Shown here: positions 18,974 to 27,502 of the stretch, in pieces
Layout: each line of letters begins with the position of its first letter
Position numbering within the stretch: position 1 is the first letter of the stretch
DNA from: a candidate division FCPU426 bacterium
Lineage (GTDB): Bacteria > Oederibacteriota > Muellerivitia > Muellerivitales > Muellerivitaceae
Assembly (NCBI GenBank): GCA_963830915.1
Contig: CAWHOE010000035.1
Location: forward strand, 45,284-109,283
Length of the DNA stretch: 64,000 nt
Direction: 5' to 3'
Notes under the pieces: model-generated
Databases searched by the model: none
What the model was told of the DNA's origin: nothing
Seen by the model: the letters and a program-made list of their open reading frames with translations, nothing else
Made by a program: the position numbers and the translations under genes

Positions 18974-19872
18974 TTCAGTTCCTTCACCCATTTCGACTGG
19001 AGGGCCAGGAAAGACCCGGTAAAACTCAGGATGACACCCAAAGCCGCCAGGGCCAGGTAGAGATCCCACCAGTCCAATTCGGGCAGGTGGAGCAGGATGT
19101 CCAGTCCCCCGTATTGGGCCAGGGTCATCCCCACGATGTGCCGGATCAATTCCAGGATCAGGACCATCAAGCCGGTCCCCAGGATACCCTGCAGGACCCC
19201 TTCCCAAAGATAAGGACCCCAGCGCATCCAAGTCGGGGCGCCCATGCGGGAGAGAAGGATGAAATCCTCCTTTCGGGCCCAGAAAGAAAGGGAGAGCGTA
19301 TTGGTGATGATGAAAAGGGCCGTCAGGAAGACGAACCCGCCCAGGAAAAGTCCCATCCATCGGACCGTACGGCTGATATTGGACACCTCTTCCCATTCAT
19401 TCTTGCCGTAGTTGACCTCCTCCACCGAGGGGTCTTTTTTCAGCCGGTTCACCAGTTCATCCAGATTACCGGCCGCGTCCTTTTTCAGCACGACGCTGAT
19501 GGAATCGGTCAAGGGATTCTCGCCCAGGGCCTGGACCATACGGTCGATGTCCGGGTCCTTCCGGAAATCCTGTAGCGCTTCTTCCTTGGTGACGACCTTG
19601 ACGGAGGCCACTTGGGGTTCGGCGGAGAGCGTATCCTTGATCCGGGCGAGGTCGGTCGTATCGGCCGCGGAGGTCAAGAAAACCGCCATTTCGAACTTTT
19701 CCTTGGCCGAAACCAGGGCATTATCCAATACGCGGGAAATGCCCAGGAAGATCGAGAGTTGAAGGAGGGTCGAGGCAACAATGACGATGACCGTGGTGGA
19801 AAGCCCCTTGGACCTGAACAGGTGGGCGAACCCTTCTTTTAGCACGAAAACCAACCTGGAAAAATTGTTCAT
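18970..19872 (-). CDS. ftsX: Cell division permease FtsX
   Basis: TM1, large periplasmic loop with KEEAL and ENPL, three further TMs, MGA...EG motif; between ftsE and envC. Confidence 0.88.
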   Translation of the reverse strand: MNNFSRLVFVLKEGFAHLFRSKGLSTTVIVIVASTLLQLSIFLGISRVLDNALVSAKEKFEMAVFLTSAADTTDLARIKDTLSAEPQVASVKVVTKEEALQDFRKDPDIDRMVQALGENPLTDSISVVLKKDAAGNLDELVNRLKKDPSVEEVNYGKNEWEEVSNISRTVRWMGLFLGGFVFLTALFIITNTLSLSFWARKEDFILLSRMGAPTWMRWGPYLWEGVLQGILGTGLMVLILELIRHIVGMTLAQYGGLDILLHLPELDWWDLYLALAALGVILSFTGSFLALQSKWVKELK

Positions 19873-20579
19873 GGGACCGCCTCCTCAAGCGGCTGGAGTT
19901 TTCCTTGGTCGAGTTTCATCCATTGGATCGGCGGTACGGACGGCATGGACTTGAGATTTTCATAGAAGGACATCTGCTGGATGGAAAGTATGACGGTGGT
20001 CCCGGTACGATTGAGCTCGAAAAGGAACTTCAGCAGGGTCTGGACCGCCTTATCATCCAACCCCTGGAACGGGTCGTCCACCAGGAGCAAACGGGGCCTG
20101 AATATCATGGCCCGCAAGGCCAGGACCATTCGTTTTTCCCCGGAAGAAAGATCGGCGGGTTTGGATTGGATCTTGTCCCCCAATCCCGCGTTGGAAAGCA
20201 GTTTACGGATGGCTTCTTTCTGGCCTTCGGTGGAGACTTCCTTGACATGAAGGATGAACAGGATGTTCTCTTCCACCGTTTTGTCGGGAAAAAGGCTCAG
20301 GTCCGGAAAGATCATGCCGACCTCATTGAGCCATTGCCTTTTTTCGGAAGCCGAAAGACCGTGGATGTCCTTGTGGTCGATGCGAAGGACCCCGGAGGTG
20401 GGTTTCTCCTCACCGCCCAGCATTTTCAAGAAGGTGCTTTTTCCCGTGCGGCTTTCCCCCAAAATGGCGATGAAGGAGCCTTCCGGCGCGGAAAAATAAG
20501 CGTTTTCCAGGACCTTAACGCCCGAGGAATGTACTTTGGTGAGATGAAAAGCCTGGATCATCATGTGCCGATTCTCCAT
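19869..20579 (-). CDS. ftsE: Cell division ATP-binding protein FtsE, degenerate motifs
   Basis: ABC fold, EKPTSG, coupled to ftsX; Walker A GESRTGKS, signature LSSGE, Walker B LLVDD. Confidence 0.82.
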   Translation of the reverse strand: MENRHMMIQAFHLTKVHSSGVKVLENAYFSAPEGSFIAILGESRTGKSTFLKMLGGEEKPTSGVLRIDHKDIHGLSASEKRQWLNEVGMIFPDLSLFPDKTVEENILFILHVKEVSTEGQKEAIRKLLSNAGLGDKIQSKPADLSSGEKRMVLALRAMIFRPRLLLVDDPFQGLDDKAVQTLLKFLFELNRTGTTVILSIQQMSFYENLKSMPSVPPIQWMKLDQGKLQPLEEAVP

Positions 20580-20716
20580 GAAAATTGATCTTTTGAAATC
20601 GGTAGGATACCGACCTTCTTGATCGATTTATTGAATGTCGGCATGACCTTTAAATTACGGCAGGACGCCCTTTACCGCAAGGGAAATGAAGGTTCCCCAG
20701 GGCCCTTCGGATGGAT

Positions 20717-21736
20717 CTACGGCTTCTGATTGGCCGCTTGTTGGCGGCGCAGGGCGCGGTGTATCTTCCGGGCCATATGGACATTCTTCTGATGTTCCGC
20801 GAGGGTCGTGGCGAAGAGGTTGGTGCCGTCTCCCTGGGAAACGTAATAGAGGTAAGGCACATCGGCGGGCTGTAGCACCGCCTGGATGGATTCCATGCCC
20901 GGATTACAAATGGGTGTGGGAGGCAATCCCCGGTGTAGATAGGTGTTATAGGGGGACTGGATATTGATCTGAGCGTTCGAGAACCAAGGGTTTTTGGAAT
21001 TCAAGACATAGTTCAAGGTGGCGTTCACCTGTAGCCTGATCTTCTGGTGGATGCGGTTGTAAAGGACCCCGGCCACGATGGGCCTTTCCTCATCGACCTT
21101 TGCCTCTTTTTCAACGATCGAAGCCAGGATCACCGCCTGATAAGGCGTGAGATTCTTCACCAAGCAAAGACGATTGAAATCGCTCCCTACGGCGTCCTGG
21201 AACTGTCGAACCAAAAGCTCGATCAACTCCGCCGGGCTGGCGCCCAGCGGGACCCGATAGGTCTCCGGAAAAAGGAACCCTTCCACACTGCGTCCCTCGA
21301 TCCCGAGTTTCTTGAGCAGGACCGGGTCTTCCGCCGCCTTCATGAACTCCGGCGCTTGGACCACTTTCATCTTTTCCAGTTCCTGGGCGATCTGTTCGAC
21401 CGTATACCCCTCGGGGATCTTCAGGGCCAATAGTTCGCTTTTTCCCTGGGACATGGTGGTGACCAATTCCCAAAGGCTCATCCTTGGATTCATGCGGTAG
21501 AGACCGGCTTTCAGGTGACGGTCCGCGTGGGTCAGCTTGGTCAAGACCCTGAAAGGCAGGGCGAAATGGATGATGCCATTGTCTTTCAGCTTTTGGGCGA
21601 TGACCCTGGCGCTGTTCTTGGAATTGACGGGAATATCCACATCCGGCCCCGGGTAAAAGAACGGCGGAAAGAAAAGACAAGCGAACAGGACAAAAAATAT
21701 CCCCAACCCGATCCCATACCATTTAAGGATTTTCAT
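20717..21736 (-). CDS. mltG: Endolytic transglycosylase MltG
   Basis: IPEG, EGFLFPETY, ASIVEKEA, SPYNTY, GLPPTPICNPG. Confidence 0.95.
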   Translation of the reverse strand: MKILKWYGIGLGIFFVLFACLFFPPFFYPGPDVDIPVNSKNSARVIAQKLKDNGIIHFALPFRVLTKLTHADRHLKAGLYRMNPRMSLWELVTTMSQGKSELLALKIPEGYTVEQIAQELEKMKVVQAPEFMKAAEDPVLLKKLGIEGRSVEGFLFPETYRVPLGASPAELIELLVRQFQDAVGSDFNRLCLVKNLTPYQAVILASIVEKEAKVDEERPIVAGVLYNRIHQKIRLQVNATLNYVLNSKNPWFSNAQINIQSPYNTYLHRGLPPTPICNPGMESIQAVLQPADVPYLYYVSQGDGTNLFATTLAEHQKNVHMARKIHRALRRQQAANQKP

Positions 21737-22169
21737 GTTTTTCCTTCAAAGGGATCAATGCCGTCCCTTCCAACGCCGATTGTAACAAAAGAGCCGCGGC
21801 GACCTTATCGATCTTTCCCTTGCGGTCCTCGCGGCGGACATTCCCCTCGATCAAGGCCCGCTCAGCCTGCTTGCTGGTCAGCCTTTCATCCACGAAAAAA
21901 ACCGGGACGTTCAACCACCCGGCCAACTTGCCCGTGAAATCCCTGACCTTTTGGGTGGTGGCGCTTTCGGTGCCGTCCATGTTGAGGGGCAATCCCACGA
22001 TGACTTGCGTGACCTCGTGCTTATTCACCAACTCGCCGATAGCGGCGATATCCTTTTGGGTTCCGGAGGCCTTCAGGACGACCAAGGGTTGGGCGGTCAG
22101 GCCCAAAGGATCGGAAAGGGCCACGCCTATTCGGACATGGCCCAGGTCCAGGCCCAACCAACGCTTCAT
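21723..22169 (-). CDS. ruvX: YqgF/RuvX pre-16S rRNA nuclease
   Basis: GLDLGxxRIGVALSD, VGLP, DERLTS, IDKVAA; ATG 22169. Confidence 0.93.
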   Translation of the reverse strand: MKRWLGLDLGHVRIGVALSDPLGLTAQPLVVLKASGTQKDIAAIGELVNKHEVTQVIVGLPLNMDGTESATTQKVRDFTGKLAGWLNVPVFFVDERLTSKQAERALIEGNVRREDRKGKIDKVAAALLLQSALEGTALIPLKEKHENP

Positions 22170-22208
22170 CAAGACTTTTTTACCACTGAAAAAAAACAAC
22201 TATTTTTT

Positions 22209-22284
22209 AGCCACCGATTAACACCGATAAACATTGATGATTCTTTTAAAAAAAATCCGTGTTCATCTGTGTTCATCTGTGGTT
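22209..22284. repeat. Imperfect 30-bp inverted repeat built from 10-bp subunits (REP-like)
   Basis: AGCCACCGATTAACACCGATAAACATTGAT vs reverse complement of right arm AACCACAGATGAACACAGATGAACACGGAT (23/30). Confidence 0.8.
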
Positions 22285-22316
22285 GAAACATGACTTAGCC
22301 GTTTCTTTTTTAAAAT

Positions 22317-24989
22317 TTATTTCATCATTTTTTCTAGAATTTGCGGTACCTGATTCAAGGCCTCATCCACCTTGGAGGCGTCCTTGCCGCCCGCCTGGGC
22401 TAGGTCGGGTCTGCCGCCCCCTCCTCCGCCGGTGATCTTGGCCACTTCCTTGACGATATCCCCAGCCTTGACCTTGGCCGTGAGATCCTTGGTGACTCCC
22501 GCGATGAAGGCGATCTGGCCTGGTTTTCCGCTTCCCAGGACGATGACGCCGCTTCCCATTTTTTCTTTCAGGGAATCGATCAATTGACGCATTCCGTCGG
22601 CGTCCAGATCATCGGTCCGGGCGACCACCAAAGCCACGCCCTTCACTTCCTTTTTCCCGCCCAAAACCTCGTCCACCAGACTGCCCGCCAGTTTGGACTT
22701 GAGGGACGCCAATTCCCTTTCCTTGGCCTTCATTTCATCCAACAGGGACTGGACCTTGGTCTTCAATTCGGCGTCTGAGCTTTTCAAAAGTTGGGCGATT
22801 TCTTTGAGAGTCTCCTCCTCTTGGCTGACCTTCGCCAAGGAGCCCTCTCCTGTGATCGCCTCGATCCGGCGCACGCCCGAGGCCACCGAAGCCTCGCTGA
22901 CGATCTTGAACAAGCCGATATCCCCGGTGCGATTCACATGGGTGCCGCCGCAGAGTTCCATGGAAAAGCCCGGCACATCCACCACTCGGACCCTTTCCCC
23001 GTACTTTTCGCTGAAAAAGGCCATGGCGCCCTTTTTCTTGGCCTCGTCGAAGGACATCTCCTGTTTGGAAACCTCCAGGTTGTCCAAGATGCGCTGATTA
23101 ACGATACGCTCGATCTTATGCAATTGTTCCGGTTTGACCCCCTCGAAATGGGTGAAGTCGAATCGAAGCCGATCCGGTCCCACATAGCTTCCGGCCTGAC
23201 CCACATGGGTTCCCAGGACCTGCCTGAGGGCGGCGTGTAAAAGGTGGGTGCCGGTATGGTTGCGCATGGTAGCCCGGCGTTCACTTTCCTCGACTGTGGC
23301 CTCGACCTTTTGACCCGCGGTGAGCTTTCCCCGTTTCATGAAGCACCAGTGGCCTATCAGGGTATCGGTCACCATTTGGGTATCCAGCACATCCGCCCAG
23401 GCGACTTCGGCCGAGTTGAAGCCCTGGATCACGCCTTTGTCGCCGACCTGTCCGCCTTTTTCGGCGTAGAAAGGCGTCTGGTTCAAAAGCACAAACCCAT
23501 ATTCACCCTCGTTCAATTTCTCGATTGGCTCATGCTTCTTGTCCTTCACCCGGACGATCTGGACTATCTGGCCCAGGTCCTTGATCTTTTCGTATCCTTT
23601 GAACATCGTCGGTCCGAGTTTAGCGGCCATTTCCTTATAGAGCGGAGGCAAGATGGCGTCGCCGCTTCCCTTCCAGGCCGAGCGGGCTTTTTCTTTCTGG
23701 CCCTCCATGGCCTTTTGAAAACCGGCCTCGTCCACTGAAAGACCTTTTTCCTTCAGGATCTCCTTGGTGATGTCCAGGGGGAACCCAAAAGTGTCGTAAA
23801 GCATGAAGGCTTCCTCACCCGAAAGAGTGGAGGCCTTCTCTTTTTTCAGACCCTCGATCTTTTCCAAAAGACGTTCCGTGCCAGCGGCCAGTGTCTCGTA
23901 GAATCGCTCTTCCTCGGACCTTACCACATTGACGATATGTTCCTTCCGTTCGACCACTTCCGGGTAAACGCCGCCCATGAGTTTCCCGACTTCCAGGGTC
24001 AGGGCGGAAAGGAATGGCCGGTCGAACCCGAGCAATTTGCCGTGTCGGATGGCCCGGCGAAGGATCCGGCGCAGGACGTATCCCCTGCCCTCATTGGAGG
24101 GAAGGACCCCGTCGGCGATAAGGAAGGTCGTGGCTCTCAAGTGGTCGCTGATGACCTTCAAGGAGGTGTAGGTCTGGGAGCCGTCCGCCTGGAAAGGGAT
24201 ATTGCCCGCCTTGGCGATGCCCGCCATGAGGGGGGAAAGTAGATCCGTCTCGAAATTGGAGGGAACGTTCTGCATAACGCTGGCGACCCGTTCCAAACCC
24301 ATGCCCGTATCGATGTTGGGTTTGGGCAGGGGTTTAAGCGTTCCGTCGGCTTGGCGGTCGTACTGGGTAAAGACCAGGTTCCAGATCTCCAAGAACCGTC
24401 CCGTCTCGGCGTCCTGCTCGAAATCCTTGGTGGGAGGACCGCTCGGGTCCAGGTCCACATAGATCTCGGAACAGGGACCACAGGGGCCAGTGGGTCCCAT
24501 GGTCCAAAAATTGGAGTCTTCCCCCATCCGAATGATGCGTTCCTCTGGAAGGCCGGAGGTCTTTTTCCAAAGTTCCTTCGCCTCGTCATCCTTTTCGTAG
24601 ATGGAGACCCAAAGCCGGGCCTTATCGATCTTCAGGACCTCGGTGACGAATTCCCAACCCCAAGCGATGGCTTCTTTCTTGAAATATCCGCCAAAGGAAA
24701 AGTTCCCCAGCATCTCGAAGAATGTATGGTGACGGGCGGTATATCCCACCCTCTCCAGGTCCCCGGTGCGGAAACATTTCTGGCAGGAGGCGGCGTAAGG
24801 TACAGCATGGGGAAAGGGCACCGTACCCAGAAAGTATGGTTTGAATTGGTTCATCCCGGCGTTGGCCAACAGGAGGGTAGGGTCGCTTTCGGGCACAAGG
24901 GATGAGGAAGGCACGATCTTATGATTTTTGGACTTAAAGAAGTCCAAGTAGGCCTGTCTAATCTCGCTTCCAGTCGTGGGCACACCCAT
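22317..24989 (-). CDS. alaS: Alanine--tRNA ligase
   Basis: NAGMNQFK, HHTFFEMLGNFSFG, DTGMGLER, NHTGTH, ELCGGTH, GGGGG C-Ala domain. Confidence 0.99.
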   Translation of the reverse strand: MGVPTTGSEIRQAYLDFFKSKNHKIVPSSSLVPESDPTLLLANAGMNQFKPYFLGTVPFPHAVPYAASCQKCFRTGDLERVGYTARHHTFFEMLGNFSFGGYFKKEAIAWGWEFVTEVLKIDKARLWVSIYEKDDEAKELWKKTSGLPEERIIRMGEDSNFWTMGPTGPCGPCSEIYVDLDPSGPPTKDFEQDAETGRFLEIWNLVFTQYDRQADGTLKPLPKPNIDTGMGLERVASVMQNVPSNFETDLLSPLMAGIAKAGNIPFQADGSQTYTSLKVISDHLRATTFLIADGVLPSNEGRGYVLRRILRRAIRHGKLLGFDRPFLSALTLEVGKLMGGVYPEVVERKEHIVNVVRSEEERFYETLAAGTERLLEKIEGLKKEKASTLSGEEAFMLYDTFGFPLDITKEILKEKGLSVDEAGFQKAMEGQKEKARSAWKGSGDAILPPLYKEMAAKLGPTMFKGYEKIKDLGQIVQIVRVKDKKHEPIEKLNEGEYGFVLLNQTPFYAEKGGQVGDKGVIQGFNSAEVAWADVLDTQMVTDTLIGHWCFMKRGKLTAGQKVEATVEESERRATMRNHTGTHLLHAALRQVLGTHVGQAGSYVGPDRLRFDFTHFEGVKPEQLHKIERIVNQRILDNLEVSKQEMSFDEAKKKGAMAFFSEKYGERVRVVDVPGFSMELCGGTHVNRTGDIGLFKIVSEASVASGVRRIEAITGEGSLAKVSQEEETLKEIAQLLKSSDAELKTKVQSLLDEMKAKERELASLKSKLAGSLVDEVLGGKKEVKGVALVVARTDDLDADGMRQLIDSLKEKMGSGVIVLGSGKPGQIAFIAGVTKDLTAKVKAGDIVKEVAKITGGGGGGRPDLAQAGGKDASKVDEALNQVPQILEKMMK

Positions 24990-25063
24990 AAAAACCCCTG
25001 TTCAAATCGTGTTTGCGAAGGTCGGAATTATAGCCGAAAACCCTGATTTGGGCGAGATAGGAC

Positions 25064-25095
25064 AAGGGCCCGGGGCGTTTGCCCCAGGCCCTTTT
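25064..25095. terminator. GC-rich hairpin, probable terminator after the pdxJ-downstream gene
   Basis: AAGGGCCCGGGGC-GTTT-GCCCCAGGCCCTTTT. Confidence 0.55.
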
Positions 25096-25104
25096 CAAGG
25101 TTCA

Positions 25105-25241
25105 CTAGCAGGCTACTGAAAAAGTAAAAAAAGGCCACAAAGTAGCCTGCGACCCCAAAGATTCCGCAGGAATCGTGGGGTTACCGCAAATGTCGTCAGC
25201 TGAAAAAGTCCGCATTAGGGACTTTTTCAGCAACCTGCTAG
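25105..25241. mobile_element. 137-bp MITE-like non-autonomous element
   Basis: Terminal IRs CTAGCAGGCTACTGAAAAAGT / ACTTTTTCAGCAACCTGCTAG (19/21), CTAG at both ends, no ORF. Confidence 0.8.
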
Positions 25242-25267
25242 AAGGTTTTCAAAGGAAACGGGAGGAA

Positions 25268-25585
25268 TTACTGCGCGACGGTCACTTTTCCAGTGCCCGG
25301 ATCGTACTGGAGCCCGCCTGGGATATGATCGATATAATTCGGTACTAGGTCCTGCAAAGAAGCCGGCAGGGTTCCCTTGTCTCCCTTATATTTTTCCACC
25401 GCGCCCTGAACGCTCTCCGTATTGGCGCCTGCCATGACAGCTCTGGCTTTATCCTCGTCGTTCTTCAAAGCGTTGGTGTAACCGGGCAAGGTCGCTTCTT
25501 TCGGGGCCGAGGCCACCGTATTCCAAAGGTAATAGCCGATACCGCCCAGGATCAGGATGACCAGCAAGAAAAATAGTTTACCCAT
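25268..25585 (-). CDS. Small membrane-anchored pilin/pseudopilin-like protein
   Basis: N-terminal TM; AVEKYKGDKGTLPASLQDLVPNYIDHIP...YDPGTGKV resembles pilin head; GGAGG RBS. Confidence 0.6.
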   Translation of the reverse strand: MGKLFFLLVILILGGIGYYLWNTVASAPKEATLPGYTNALKNDEDKARAVMAGANTESVQGAVEKYKGDKGTLPASLQDLVPNYIDHIPGGLQYDPGTGKVTVAQ

Positions 25586-25596
25586 TTCCGACCTCC

Positions 25597-26328
25597 TTAT
25601 TTTCGCTTCGCTTTTTTCAGGATCGACAGCATTTCCTCGACCGCCTTCTTTAATCCTACCATAGAAGCCCGGGCGATGATGTTGTGCCCGATATTGAGGT
25701 CCTCGATCTCCATTAAACCGGCGATGGGAGCGGTATTTTCATAGGTCAATCCATGCCCTGCATGGATCTTGAGCCCCAAGGATCGTCCCAGTTTCGCCCC
25801 AGTCGCCAGGGCTAGATATTCTTCCGCGATCCTGACTTTTTTCCGGAATGCCTGGCTATACAAACCAGTGTGCAGTTCCACGAAAGTTGCCCCCATCCGG
25901 GCCGAGAGCTCGATGGTGGAACGATCGGGCAAAATGAAGAGAGAGACGGGGATCCCCTTCTTTTGTAGTCGGTCAATGGTTTTCTGGAATCGGGCGGGCG
26001 ACGAACTTAATAGAAGCCCTCCTTCAGTGGTCAGCTCTTGGCGTTTTTCCGGGACCAGGGTGACCTGATCGGGTCTGACTTTCAGGGCGAAACGCACCAT
26101 CTCTTCGGTCGCCGCCATTTCCAGGTTCAGTTTGGTCTTGAGGGTTTTACGAAGGAGGATGACATCGCGGTCTTGGATATGCCTTCGGTCCTCCCGAAGG
26201 TGGACCGTAACACCCCTGGCCCCGGCCTTTTCCACGATCCGGGCGGCCTCAACAGGATCCGGTTCATCTTCCCTCCGGGCTTGGCGCAGGGTAGCGATAT
26301 GGTCGATATTCACGCAAAGGGTTGCCAT
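25597..26328 (-). CDS. pdxJ: Pyridoxine 5'-phosphate synthase
   Basis: VNIDHIATLRQAR, HLREDRRHI, TTEGG, ELHTG, AGHGL, NIGH. Confidence 0.98.
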   Translation of the reverse strand: MATLCVNIDHIATLRQARREDEPDPVEAARIVEKAGARGVTVHLREDRRHIQDRDVILLRKTLKTKLNLEMAATEEMVRFALKVRPDQVTLVPEKRQELTTEGGLLLSSSPARFQKTIDRLQKKGIPVSLFILPDRSTIELSARMGATFVELHTGLYSQAFRKKVRIAEEYLALATGAKLGRSLGLKIHAGHGLTYENTAPIAGLMEIEDLNIGHNIIARASMVGLKKAVEEMLSILKKAKRK

Positions 26329-26336
26329 GGCGACTC

Positions 26337-26720
26337 CTACTTGTGGTTATTGGTGGAGATCAAATGGACATGGATGGCGGACACGGTCGCCGCGACCCCG
26401 CTTGGCAGAGGTTGGACCAACGGATGGACCAGTAGGTCTTTCTTATCTTTGGTATAACTTTTCAGGCTCACCACCGCGGTCAAGTCATCCGGATCCACTT
26501 CCAGGACGCTTTCCTTACGGCCTGTCAGGACAACCGGAACCGTCGTTCGAACGCTCGAATCCACCGTCATGCCGGCGGGTATCTCGGTGAGTTCCAAGTG
26601 AAGGACCACCTTGCGTTCCAATATCTGACGCGACCCGACATAGGCCCATAGGGAGAAGGCGATCAGGAAAGCCAATAACTTCAGGCCCAGGTTCTCGAAG
26701 ATCCATCGTTTCATGTTCAA
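26337..26720 (-). CDS. cdaR: CdaR/YbbR-like protein (single YbbR repeat)
   Basis: NLGLKLLAFLIAFSLWAYV TM motif, directly after cdaA. Confidence 0.75.
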   Translation of the reverse strand: MNMKRWIFENLGLKLLAFLIAFSLWAYVGSRQILERKVVLHLELTEIPAGMTVDSSVRTTVPVVLTGRKESVLEVDPDDLTAVVSLKSYTKDKKDLLVHPLVQPLPSGVAATVSAIHVHLISTNNHK

Positions 26721-27484
26721 TCCACCTTCGTTCCATAAAGCGTCAACATCTCTTCCAGCGTGTCCGAGTCGATTTCAGGGGTGATCTTTCCGGCCATGGC
26801 GAAGGAAATGGTGTGCTTTTCCTCCGAGACCACGATGGCCAGGGCGTCCGTCTCCTCGGTGATGCCTACCGCCGCCCTGTGCCGGGTGCCATAGGATTTG
26901 TTCAGGTTGGGATTCTGGCTCAAGGGAAGGATACAGCCCGCCGCCGCGATCTTACCTCCCCGAAGCATCACCGCCCCGTCATGAAGGGGCGAGTGGGGGA
27001 CGAAAAGGGTCACGATGAGTTCAGCCGTCACATCCGCGTCGATCTTGGTACCGTTGTCGAACACGCTTTGCAGGCTGTCATCCCGTTCCAGAACGATCAG
27101 GGCGCCCCGCTTGGTCTTGACCAGGTCCTTCACCGCCGCGGTCACTTCTTTGAAAAGGACCGCGTCCCCTTGGAACACGCCTCCCCAGAATCCCCCTCCC
27201 CGGCCGATCTGGGTGATGATCCGGCGCAGGTCCGACTGGAAAACCACCACGAAAGCGATGATGAAAAAGGGCCCCAGGTTGCTCAGAAGCCAATCCAGTG
27301 TCAATAAATGGAACTGGCTGGCGATGACCGTGGCCAAAAAGAGAATGGCGAAACCTAGCACGATGCGGGTGGCGCGCACTTCCCTGATAAGGAGTAATAA
27401 CTGGTAGGTCAGGTAGGAGACCACCAGGATGTCCAGGACATCGACAAAACGGAAATTGGAAAATAGGGTGATCAGATTATTCAT
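26717..27484 (-). CDS. cdaA: Diadenylate cyclase CdaA/DacA
   Basis: Three TMs, GALIV, PLHDGA, GTRHRAA, VSEE. Confidence 0.96.
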   Translation of the reverse strand: MNNLITLFSNFRFVDVLDILVVSYLTYQLLLLIREVRATRIVLGFAILFLATVIASQFHLLTLDWLLSNLGPFFIIAFVVVFQSDLRRIITQIGRGGGFWGGVFQGDAVLFKEVTAAVKDLVKTKRGALIVLERDDSLQSVFDNGTKIDADVTAELIVTLFVPHSPLHDGAVMLRGGKIAAAGCILPLSQNPNLNKSYGTRHRAAVGITEETDALAIVVSEEKHTISFAMAGKITPEIDSDTLEEMLTLYGTKVD

Positions 27485-27502
27485 GGGTTAGTCAGTCCCT
27501 GG

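Noticed and set aside
18974..19396. N-terminal extension of envC in the ORF track (likewise PIN-PhoH 10048-10170 and aroE 56416-56571)
   Set aside because: Alternative-frame overlap with the upstream gene; true starts coincide with stop/start overlaps
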